From a virus (lineage: Duplodnaviria > Caudoviricetes): a stretch of DNA of 34,478 bases. The position numbers were made by a program, and so were the translations under genes. Within the stretch, counting starts at the first letter, position 1; each line of letters begins with the position of its first letter. Below, in pieces: positions 25,361 to 34,478 of this stretch. The DNA is taken from positions 1 to 34,478 of IMG/VR virus record IMGVR_UViG_3300032305_001786. One strand, given 5' to 3'. The notes beneath the pieces were generated by a model. It was not told the origin of the DNA. It did no database searches and saw only the letters and a list, made by a program, of their open reading frames with translations.

Positions 25361-26788
25361 ATGAGAAATACACTTCAAGAACAATACAATTCAATTAAAG
25401 AAGGCAAAGGAGCTAAAGATGTGTTTTTAAAACACGCTAAATCTTTATTCCCAAATTTAATACCTAATCATTATGAATTTAATTCAGCATCTAAAATACT
25501 TCTTCAACGTGGTATTATATCTGAAAACATGATCCTAAATGAAAACTTATGGGGTATAACTACAGGTAATAATAAACAACCTGATTGGTTTAAACTATTT
25601 AATGAAAATATAGTTACAGAACTTAATTATTATGATGTAGCTAAATCTATAAACAAAGAATATAATCCTAACATTTATAAAGATGAATTGAACGATTTCT
25701 TATATGATGAAGCAAGTATTAATGCTATTAATAGTGGATCAGATATACTTACTACATTTAAGAAATTTTTAGGTGTAATTAAAGAATCTAAAGAATATAA
25801 TGCTTCATCTGAAGAAAAAGAAACTAAAGCTGATGCTTCTAAACCATCTAAAGAAGTAGATGAATATAAAGAAAAATCTGCTAGTAAACAATATGAAGCA
25901 GAAACTGGTAATGATGTTATTTTTGACCAATACTTAAATGGTATTCAAATTGAAACAAATAAATCAGAAAATAACAGTAAAACTGTTGATGAATTAAAGA
26001 AAATTGTATTAAAGAATCTTAAAAAAGATAACTTATACTATACTAAAAACGCTGCTTTCGGTATTGAAGGTATTGGATATACAGACGAAGCACCAGGTTT
26101 AGGTAAAACTAAAGAAGTAAAAGGTAAATACGCTTCATCAGGTATGGAACCAGTTAAATTAAAAGAAGGTATTGGAATGTTTAATGATCCTATAGGATTT
26201 AAAAAACCTGAATTAAGTGATATAGATAAAATGTTTACTAAAGAATATAAAGGTGACGGAATATATGTAATCTTTAAAAATGGTAAAGAAGTTAAAACTA
26301 TTAAAGGTGAAGGTAACGCTAACGCATGGATAAATGATCAAAAAAGAAATATGAAATTACAAGAATCTCAATTACGATCAGTAATTCGTCAATTAATTAA
26401 AGAAGAACTTAATTTAAAAGAAATCGATCAAATCGGTGAAGAAGCCGCTAAAGAAGCTAAAGTTAAGAAAATTAGCGACGAAATTAATAAACGTAAGAAA
26501 AAAATCAAAGCGTTAGAAACATTAAAAGAATTAGAAGATGATTCAATTAATCCTAAAAAATTAAAAGAATTATATTCTGAAATTAAAAAACTTGAAGCTG
26601 CTAAAAACAAACTTGAGAAAAAAGGTAAGAAAAAAGAAACATTAGTAGACGAAGTTACTGTTATAGATAAAACTACTACTAGTGATGAAGTAGCTGATAT
26701 TGCTAAACAAGAAAAAACTACACCTGCCGCTGTAAAACAAGCAATTAGTACTGCTAAAACTTCAGGTAAACCAGTAAATGTAGCTTAA
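25361..26788 (+). CDS. Large modular prohead core/internal protein (hypothetical)
   Basis: Many [L/I]-x-E sites; internal LQESQLRSVIRQLIKEEL motif; coiled-coil C-terminus; directly upstream of the protease. Confidence 0.72.
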   Translation: MRNTLQEQYNSIKEGKGAKDVFLKHAKSLFPNLIPNHYEFNSASKILLQRGIISENMILNENLWGITTGNNKQPDWFKLFNENIVTELNYYDVAKSINKEYNPNIYKDELNDFLYDEASINAINSGSDILTTFKKFLGVIKESKEYNASSEEKETKADASKPSKEVDEYKEKSASKQYEAETGNDVIFDQYLNGIQIETNKSENNSKTVDELKKIVLKNLKKDNLYYTKNAAFGIEGIGYTDEAPGLGKTKEVKGKYASSGMEPVKLKEGIGMFNDPIGFKKPELSDIDKMFTKEYKGDGIYVIFKNGKEVKTIKGEGNANAWINDQKRNMKLQESQLRSVIRQLIKEELNLKEIDQIGEEAAKEAKVKKISDEINKRKKKIKALETLKELEDDSINPKKLKELYSEIKKLEAAKNKLEKKGKKKETLVDEVTVIDKTTTSDEVADIAKQEKTTPAAVKQAISTAKTSGKPVNVA

Positions 26789-26789
26789 A

Positions 26790-27404
26790 ATGAAACAAGT
26801 ATTAATAGAAACAATACCATTTATAGTATCTCGCCAACAGTTAACTGAAGGTGTTAAAACAGCGGCTGGTAACCCGATTGTTGAAGGAATATTAGCTACA
26901 GCCGAGGTAAAAAATGGTAATGGTCGCTATTATAAAAAAGAACTTTGGGAACGTGAAATAGACAAATATATGTCTTGTGTTAAAGAAAATAGAGCACTAG
27001 GTGAATTAGACCATCCTGAATCTTCTATTATTAACTTAAAAAACGTATCTCACAATATAGTAGATATTTGGTGGAATGGAGATAAAGTAATGGGTAAACT
27101 AGAAATATTACCTACTCCATCTGGTAATATTGTTAAAGCACTTATTGACAATAATATTACTATAGGTGTGTCTTCACGTGGTATGGGTAGTTTAAAATCA
27201 CTTGGAGAAACAATGGAAGTACAAGATGATTTTGAACTATTATGCTGGGACTTTGTATCAACACCTTCAAACCCAGGCTCATGGATGCAAGTAACTAAAG
27301 GTGGTTTAAATGAAGGTTTAATTCACAACACTAACCCATACATTAAAGTAAATTCAGTTATAACAGATATACTTTGTGCTAATGGAACTTGTCCAATATT
27401 TTAA
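26790..27404 (+). CDS. Prohead core protease (T4 gp21-like)
   Basis: KNGNGRYY, ALGELDHP, VSH, TPSG, GVSSRGMGS, WDFVSTPS. Confidence 0.96.
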   Translation: MKQVLIETIPFIVSRQQLTEGVKTAAGNPIVEGILATAEVKNGNGRYYKKELWEREIDKYMSCVKENRALGELDHPESSIINLKNVSHNIVDIWWNGDKVMGKLEILPTPSGNIVKALIDNNITIGVSSRGMGSLKSLGETMEVQDDFELLCWDFVSTPSNPGSWMQVTKGGLNEGLIHNTNPYIKVNSVITDILCANGTCPIF

Positions 27405-27433
27405 TCCTCTCCTTGGATAGTATTCCTGGATCG

Positions 27434-27464
27434 ACCCTCCCCTAAAAAGGAGGGTTTCTTTTTT
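27434..27464 (+). terminator. Intrinsic terminator
   Basis: ACCCTCC/GGAGGGT stem followed by TTCTTTTTT. Confidence 0.8.
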
Positions 27465-27495
27465 GCAACTCTTCGCATTTTGAATTCTTCATATA

Positions 27496-27503
27496 TATTT
27501 ATA
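27496..27503 (+). promoter_or_regulatory. Putative late promoter motif TATTTATA for the scaffold-MCP transcript
   Basis: After the terminator and upstream of the scaffold gene. Confidence 0.7.
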
Positions 27504-27611
27504 TGTGAATATGCCGTTCCAAATCTACATACGGTATCTATTTATTAATAATCCCTATTACGCTACAGTAATTAAGCGTATTTCCAAAAAAACAATTTGA
27601 GGACAAAAATT

Positions 27612-28583
<972 letters not shown>

Positions 28584-28616
28584 TTTAATAAAACAAAAAT
28601 TTAATTTTTAAAAACA

Positions 28617-30290
28617 ATGAACTCAATTCAATCATTATTAGAAGGTGCTAACCCATGGAAAGCTCTTCAAAGTGACGCAACCCGTTTAGCTGCTAAATGG
28701 GGTAAGACAGGTTTGTTAGAAGGTTTAAAAACAGAAACCGAAAAAAACAACATGTCTATGATGCTTGAAAATCAAGCAAAACAATTAGTAATGGAAACTT
28801 CACAAACTGGTGCTGGTACTGCAGGCGCTGCTTTTACCGCTGGTGTTGGTGAACAATGGGCTGGTGTAGCTCTTCCATTAGTACGTAAAGTATTTGGTCA
28901 AATCGCTGCTAAAGAATTTGTTAGCGTTCAACCAATGAATTTACCTTCAGGTCTAGTATTTTTCTTAGACTTCCAATATGGTACAACTAAATCTCCATTT
29001 AACAATGCTGCTGGTGCTGGTTTTTATGGTACTGAATCAGTATATGGTGTAACTAACCCAGGAGCTAATGCTTCTGCAAATGGTGGTTTATATGGTGCTG
29101 GTCGTTTCAGTTACTCTATTAACAACACATCTTCATTTAGCTCAGCTACTGTAGCTTCAGCTTCATGGTCTGATTTTAACTTTGATTCTAACTACTCAGC
29201 TTCAGCTACAGTTGCTGAAGGTACTCAATGGAAAAAATTAACTATCACCTTACCTTCAAACACAGATTTTAATGGTGTACGTGCTTTCACTATCGCTTCA
29301 CAATCTGGTTTCCAACCAGCAGATATTCAAGCTGCTTATACTACTACAACTGGTACTGTATTTAGTGGTACAACAGGAACAGTTACTTTCTTAGTTACTG
29401 GTTCTAAAGTAGGTCAAGTTGCTACATTAGCTAATGTAACTGCTTCATTCCAATTACAACCAACTGATCAATTACGTGGTGATTTCGAAGATGGCAACAC
29501 TAGCTTAAACACTAATAACAACCCAATCTCAATTCCTGAAATCAACGTAAAAATGAAATCAGAGCCAATTGTAGCTAAAACTCGTAAGTTAAGAGCTGTT
29601 TGGACACCTGAATTCGCTCAAGATTTAAATGCTTACCATGCGTTAGATGCAGAAGCTGAATTAACTAGTATCATGAGTGAGTACATCTCATTAGAGGTTG
29701 ACTTAGAAATCTTAGATATGTTAATCCAAAATGCTTCAGCTGGTACTGAGTATTGGTCAGCAATTAACAACATTGCTTTTACAAGTGCAACTGGTAATGG
29801 AACTACAACTAACTTAGGATTTTACAATACTCAAGGTGGTTGGTTCCAAACTTTAGGAACTAAAATGCAGAAATTAAGTAATATCATCCACCAGAAAACA
29901 TTACGTGGTGGTGCTAACTTCTTAGTATGTTCTCCAACAGTAGCTACTGTTCTTGAATCAATTCCTGGATTTGCTACTAGCGCTAAAGGTGATGCTGCTC
30001 AAATGACTTATGCTTTTGGTGTACAGAAAGTTGGTAACTTAAACAATCAATATGATGTTTACAAAAATCCATACATGATTGAAAATACTATCTTAATGGG
30101 CTTCAAAGGTAAACAATTCTTAGAAACTGGTGCTGTTTTTGCTCCTTACATTCCGTTAATCATGACTCCACTTGTATACGATCCAGATACTTTCACTCCA
30201 CGTAAAGGTTTATTAACTCGTTATGCTAAGAAAATGGTTCGTCCTGAATTCTATGGTAAAATCTTAGTAAGTGGTTTAAATACCCTTTAA
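28617..30290 (+). CDS. Major capsid protein (T4 gp23-like)
   Basis: KWGKTGLLEG, LENQ, VSVQPMNLPSGLVF, AKTRKLRAVWTPEFAQDLNAYH, DAEAEL, FAPYIPL, TRYA. Confidence 0.98.
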   Translation: MNSIQSLLEGANPWKALQSDATRLAAKWGKTGLLEGLKTETEKNNMSMMLENQAKQLVMETSQTGAGTAGAAFTAGVGEQWAGVALPLVRKVFGQIAAKEFVSVQPMNLPSGLVFFLDFQYGTTKSPFNNAAGAGFYGTESVYGVTNPGANASANGGLYGAGRFSYSINNTSSFSSATVASASWSDFNFDSNYSASATVAEGTQWKKLTITLPSNTDFNGVRAFTIASQSGFQPADIQAAYTTTTGTVFSGTTGTVTFLVTGSKVGQVATLANVTASFQLQPTDQLRGDFEDGNTSLNTNNNPISIPEINVKMKSEPIVAKTRKLRAVWTPEFAQDLNAYHALDAEAELTSIMSEYISLEVDLEILDMLIQNASAGTEYWSAINNIAFTSATGNGTTTNLGFYNTQGGWFQTLGTKMQKLSNIIHQKTLRGGANFLVCSPTVATVLESIPGFATSAKGDAAQMTYAFGVQKVGNLNNQYDVYKNPYMIENTILMGFKGKQFLETGAVFAPYIPLIMTPLVYDPDTFTPRKGLLTRYAKKMVRPEFYGKILVSGLNTL

Positions 30291-30312
30291 TCTGAATTAA
30301 ATAATAAAAATT

Positions 30313-30341
30313 AAGCCCGAGTTTGACTCGGGCTTTTTTTT
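30313..30341 (+). terminator. Intrinsic terminator after MCP
   Basis: AAGCCCGAGT-TTG-ACTCGGGCTT plus T run. Confidence 0.9.
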
Positions 30342-30345
30342 GCTA

Positions 30346-30353
30346 TATTTATT
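30346..30353 (+). promoter_or_regulatory. Variant late motif TATTTATT
   Basis: Directly after the terminator, before phoH. Confidence 0.55.
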
Positions 30354-30369
30354 AACAAACATAGTTATT

Positions 30370-31038
30370 ATGAAAGAACCAAATCGTGAGCGAAAAAATG
30401 ATATTAAAAGTATCAATAATGTTGTTTTAAATGAAGAACAAAAAGAAGCTAAGAGATTAATTGTAGAAAATCAAATAGTAGTAGTTACAGGTAGAGCAGG
30501 TTCAGGAAAATCATTAGTTTGTGCACAAGCAGCATTAGATTTTTTAAAGAAAAAGCAGGTAAATTGTATATATAATACTAGAGCTGCTGTGGAAGTAGGT
30601 AGAACTTTTGGTTATTTACCAGGAGATTTAAAAGAAAAGTTTGATCCTTATTTAGAAGCTTTAATAGAAAATTTAAATAAATGTTGCACAGACAAAAATG
30701 AAGTAGAAAAATTAATTAAGGAAGAAAAAATAAAAGCATTACCTGTACAATTTGTAAGAGGTAAGACAATGGATGATATACTTATAGTTGAAGAAGCTCA
30801 AAATCTAACTAAAGGAGAAATATTAGCTCTTTTAACAAGATTAGGTAAAACAGGTAAAATTATTATCAACGGAGACAATGAGCAAACTGATATAAGAATT
30901 CCAGATGGACAAATAAATGGACTTACTTATGCAATTGAATTATCTAAAAAAATAGATGAAATAAAATGGATTAAGTTAAAGGAAAATCATAGAAGTGACT
31001 TGGTTGGTAAAATATTAGATTATGAATACGGAAAATAA
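30370..31038 (+). CDS. phoH: PhoH-like ATPase
   Basis: NEEQ, GRAGSGKS, TRAAVE, GYLPGDLKEK, VRGKT, EEAQN, LTRLG, GDNEQTD, HRS; ATG 30370 preferred. Confidence 0.93.
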   Translation: MKEPNRERKNDIKSINNVVLNEEQKEAKRLIVENQIVVVTGRAGSGKSLVCAQAALDFLKKKQVNCIYNTRAAVEVGRTFGYLPGDLKEKFDPYLEALIENLNKCCTDKNEVEKLIKEEKIKALPVQFVRGKTMDDILIVEEAQNLTKGEILALLTRLGKTGKIIINGDNEQTDIRIPDGQINGLTYAIELSKKIDEIKWIKLKENHRSDLVGKILDYEYGK

Positions 31039-31048
31039 TAATTATAAA

Positions 31049-31056
31049 TATTTATA
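31049..31056 (+). promoter_or_regulatory. Putative late promoter motif TATTTATA (within palindrome TTATAAATATTTATAA)
   Basis: 5 nt before ATG 31062. Confidence 0.65.
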
Positions 31057-31061
31057 ACAAA

Positions 31062-31514
31062 ATGGCAGATTTAACAATACATTTAAATGAAAAAATTACT
31101 TTAGATGGTAATGATAGAGGAATATTAACTACACAAACTATTCCTGGAATTAACAATATTGATAATAGAGTATTAAATATTCCAACTGGTTCATATACAC
31201 CTTTATTTTATTTTAATCCATCTAATATAGATGCTGGAACTTTTTCTACAGGTAGTTTTAAATACGGAAGAATAACTAATAAATCATCAACTGTACCAAT
31301 TCAAGTAAAAATAACTGCGGATACTGTCCCATCATCAACACTAATAAATACATCATTTATTATAACTCCAGGTAATTCATTTTTCTTATCAACTACAGCT
31401 ATTACTGGATCAACTGGAAATAATGTGTTTGTATTTAACCAATATGTTTATTACATATCAGTATCACCATCTGGGTCAGCAGCATCTGTTGAATATTTTA
31501 TAGCAACTACTTAA
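31062..31514 (+). CDS. Beta-rich virion protein (possible head decoration or neck protein)
   Basis: Ser/Thr-rich, low charge, RITN motif; lies between MCP and neck genes. Confidence 0.6.
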   Translation: MADLTIHLNEKITLDGNDRGILTTQTIPGINNIDNRVLNIPTGSYTPLFYFNPSNIDAGTFSTGSFKYGRITNKSSTVPIQVKITADTVPSSTLINTSFIITPGNSFFLSTTAITGSTGNNVFVFNQYVYYISVSPSGSAASVEYFIATT

Positions 31515-31526
31515 TAATAATAAATT

Positions 31527-32669
31527 ATGGCAAATATCCCTATATGGCCTGGTTCATCATCATTTACCCCAGGAGATACTCCATTTGGATTTTACGATTA
31601 TGATGTTTCATTTCAACAAGAAGCAGACAAAGTAGCTAAGTTTTGCGCTCAACGTTTAGGATATCCTATAATGGAAGTTGAACTACAAGACATACATTTC
31701 TATACAGCTTTTGAAGAAGCCATAACCACATATGGTAATGAATTATATGCTTATAAAATACAACAAGATTATTTATCTTTTGAAGGATCTTCAACTAACA
31801 TAAATGTTAATAATACTATTATAACTCCATCGTTTGCTTCTATAGTTAGAATGTCAGAACAATATGGTGAAGAAGCAGGATCTGGAGGTAACATAACATG
31901 GATTAGAGGATTATTACCTATGACTGCTAGTGTTCAAGATTATGATTTAAATGCTTGGGCTATCAGTAATAATATTACTGGTGGTATTGAAATTAAAAGA
32001 ATATTTTATGAAGCAGATCCAGCTATTGTAAGATATTTTGATCCATATGCTGGTACAGGTACTGGTATGCAACAGTTATTAGATAATTTTGGTTGGGGTA
32101 ACTACTCACCTGCTATTAACTTTTTATTGATGCCTATCAATTATGATTTACAAAAAATACAAGCTATTGAGTTTAATGATCAAATTCGTAAATCACAATT
32201 TAGTTTTGAGTTAGTTAATAATCAATTAAGAATATTCCCTACACCTAAATTAAATAGAAATTTAAGTATACAATATATTTTAAAGGAAGATAGGTTGAAT
32301 GCTGGTATGGTAAGTGCATCAAATCAAGTAACCAATATCTCTAATGTACCATTCACTAACCCAGTGTATTCACAAATTAACTCAGTTGGTAAGCAATGGA
32401 TTTATGAGTATGTGTTAGCCATATGTAAAGAAACATTAGGATTAATTAGAGGTAAATACCAGACTGTTCCTATCCCTAATTCAGAAGCTACCTTAAATCA
32501 CAGTGACTTATTAACTGATGCTAGAACAGAAAAATTAGCTTTAATTGAAAGACTAAGAGTATACTTAGGTGATACATCAAGAACTAAATTACTAGAAGCC
32601 AGAGCATTAGAGGCAGATTATAGACAAAAAGAAATGCAACAAGTTCCACTTCCTATTTATGTATACTAA
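31527..32669 (+). CDS. Neck/head-adaptor protein (T4 gp13-like)
   Basis: RLGYPIMEVEL and WIYEYVLAICKETLGLIRGKY...LN motifs. Confidence 0.85.
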   Translation: MANIPIWPGSSSFTPGDTPFGFYDYDVSFQQEADKVAKFCAQRLGYPIMEVELQDIHFYTAFEEAITTYGNELYAYKIQQDYLSFEGSSTNINVNNTIITPSFASIVRMSEQYGEEAGSGGNITWIRGLLPMTASVQDYDLNAWAISNNITGGIEIKRIFYEADPAIVRYFDPYAGTGTGMQQLLDNFGWGNYSPAINFLLMPINYDLQKIQAIEFNDQIRKSQFSFELVNNQLRIFPTPKLNRNLSIQYILKEDRLNAGMVSASNQVTNISNVPFTNPVYSQINSVGKQWIYEYVLAICKETLGLIRGKYQTVPIPNSEATLNHSDLLTDARTEKLALIERLRVYLGDTSRTKLLEARALEADYRQKEMQQVPLPIYVY

Positions 32670-33178
32670 TGGCACTATTTGGATCAGCAAGAGATATTTC
32701 AGTATTTAGACATATAAACAGAGAACTGTTAGGAGATATTATCAATCAACAAGTAGCTTTTTATAAATTTAAATTAGACGAAACTATAAGTAATATATAT
32801 GGAGAAGCATCTGGTGAAAAATATTATGATGGTCCAATATTATTTAACTGTTTAATTACTCGTCTTGATCAGCAATACGCTGACGCACCTTATGGTGTTG
32901 ATTTTAATTGGCAAATACAAGCTGCATTTTTAAGAGATGATTTAGTAGATTCTATGTATGTACCTGAAGTAGGTGATATATTATTATACCAAGAAAATTA
33001 TTATGAAATAAATAGTATAATAACAAATCAATTATTTGTAGGTAAGGATCCATCATATCCAAATGAAACTAATCCATTAAACCCTGGTTTAGAAAACTTT
33101 GGTTATAATGTATCAATAGTTGTTAAGGCGCATGTTGTACCAGCAGATAAATTAGGAATTTCTCGTGAGCGTTTATAA
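32669..33178 (+). CDS. Neck/head-closure protein (T4 gp14-like)
   Basis: NIYGEA, PEVGDILLY...YYEI; follows the gp13-like gene. Confidence 0.78.
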   Translation: MALFGSARDISVFRHINRELLGDIINQQVAFYKFKLDETISNIYGEASGEKYYDGPILFNCLITRLDQQYADAPYGVDFNWQIQAAFLRDDLVDSMYVPEVGDILLYQENYYEINSIITNQLFVGKDPSYPNETNPLNPGLENFGYNVSIVVKAHVVPADKLGISRERL

Positions 33179-33197
33179 TATTTATTACAATACGTAA

Positions 33198-33205
33198 TAT
33201 TTATA
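33198..33205 (+). promoter_or_regulatory. Putative late promoter motif TATTTATA (variant TATTTATT also at 33179)
   Basis: 4 nt before ATG 33210. Confidence 0.7.
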
Positions 33206-33209
33206 ATAA

Positions 33210-34478
33210 ATGACAAACGGAAGAAAACCTATACCTAAATCTCAAAAGAAAATTTCAGAAGAACTTCAAACTCCGTTGTCAGAGGGAGGAGTAGGGTTTC
33301 AGCCTGCTGGTAATCCTAATAATATATCATTAAATAATAATTCTAATGAGCAAATTACTGGAATTGATTTTAATAGAGCATTAAAGCAAAGTTTTACTGA
33401 TGATAATGTTAAACCATTCACTGTTGGTATTGAAGATATAGATAACACTGTATTTTATTATTTTCAAAATGTTATTAGACCGTTTGTTATACAAAACGGA
33501 AACAGAATAGAAGTACCTGTTATATATGGTTCACCTGAGCGTTGGAAATCAGTTCAAAAAGATGGATATTATAGAGATAAATTAAATAAAGTAATGTTAC
33601 CTTTAATAATGATTAAACGTAATGACATTACTAAAAACAGAAGTATAGCCAATAAATTAGACGCTAACTCTCCTAATTTATATGTTAGTTTTAAAAAACA
33701 ATATTCTCCTAAAAACTTCTATAATAATTTTAATGTATTAACAAATCGTGTTCCTAATAAAGAATACTATGCTAATGTAGTTCCAGATTATGTAACTATA
33801 ACATATGAATGTATGGTTATGACTTATTATATGGACCAAATGAATAAAATTATTGAAGCCATAAACTATGCTTCAGATTCATATTGGGGTGAACCTAATA
33901 GATTTAAATTCAAAGCATCAATAGATACATTTAATTCAGTAACTGAATTATCTACAGATCAAGATCGTATAGTTAGAAGTACATTTAATATTAAATTAAA
34001 TGGATATATAATACCAGATGTTGTACAAAAAGATGTTACTGCGCTAAAAAAATTACCATCAATATCTAAAGTAACATTTACATTAGAAACAGATAGTACT
34101 TCAGAAACATTATTAACTTCTGTTAAACGTAATCCAATGAAATCAATACCAGCTACTTTCTTTGATAATGTCACTGTAGTAAGTAATATTAGTACTGATG
34201 GGGTATCACAAGAAATACTAGATTATTTAGCATTAAATAAAATAAAAACTGCTAACACATCATTAACAACTAATAATGGTACAATATCAACAGCTACATT
34301 TGTTAATACTACAATAGCTATAGCTCCAGGTTCATTACCTCTAACAACAATAAACAATTTTTCAATATATATAAACGGACAGTATGTAGAAAGTAGTGCT
34401 ATAACTTCATTTGTTCAAGCTGGATCAAATGTGATATTAACTCTTAATAATTCTGAATTAGGATTTGGCTTAAATACA
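33210..34478 (+). CDS. Tail terminator/sheath stabiliser (T4 gp15-like), 3'-truncated, absent from the ORF track
   Basis: Open from ATG 33210 to the window end; VPVIYGSPERW, LPLI, VPDYVTITYE, QMNKIIE, FNIKLNGYIIP. Confidence 0.78.
   Translation, partial: MTNGRKPIPKSQKKISEELQTPLSEGGVGFQPAGNPNNISLNNNSNEQITGIDFNRALKQSFTDDNVKPFTVGIEDIDNTVFYYFQNVIRPFVIQNGNRIEVPVIYGSPERWKSVQKDGYYRDKLNKVMLPLIMIKRNDITKNRSIANKLDANSPNLYVSFKKQYSPKNFYNNFNVLTNRVPNKEYYANVVPDYVTITYECMVMTYYMDQMNKIIEAINYASDSYWGEPNRFKFKASIDTFNSVTELSTDQDRIVRSTFNIKLNGYIIPDVVQKDVTALKKLPSISKVTFTLETDSTSETLLTSVKRNPMKSIPATFFDNVTVVSNISTDGVSQEILDYLALNKIKTANTSLTTNNGTISTATFVNTTIAIAPGSLPLTTINNFSIYINGQYVESSAITSFVQAGSNVILTLNNSELGFGLNT

Overview
AT-rich, almost entirely + strand, gene-dense segment of a large T4-like (myovirus-type) tailed phage genome, standard genetic code. 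The right half is a canonical head/neck block: terminase large subunit, portal, three prohead-associated ORFs, prohead protease, acidic scaffold, major capsid protein, PhoH, and gp13-, gp14- and gp15-like neck/tail-completion proteins. The left half has a GIY-YIG nuclease, primase, PD-(D/E)XK exonuclease and about 17 kb of accessory genes. The host is inferred to be Bacteroidota from TTG-N20-TATATT promoters, absence of evident Shine-Dalgarno sites, an Hc1-type histone-like gene missed by the ORF track, and D-S/T-x O-glycosylation sequons in an exported protein. The most striking pattern is that about 15 otherwise unrelated accessory proteins carry short amphipathic leaders of three classes (RMQKLAGL[I/L]TE, MIKLxxLLxE, LRQLIKEE), each ending in a T4 gp21-type [L/I]-x-E site. 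The first class matches the extreme C-terminus of the scaffold protein (RFQKLAGII). Many of these genes follow the same TATTTATA motif as the structural genes. This suggests a capsid-targeting and protease-processing cargo system that packages enzymes and modular polyproteins into the head. All family assignments come from motif recognition by eye; no database search was run.
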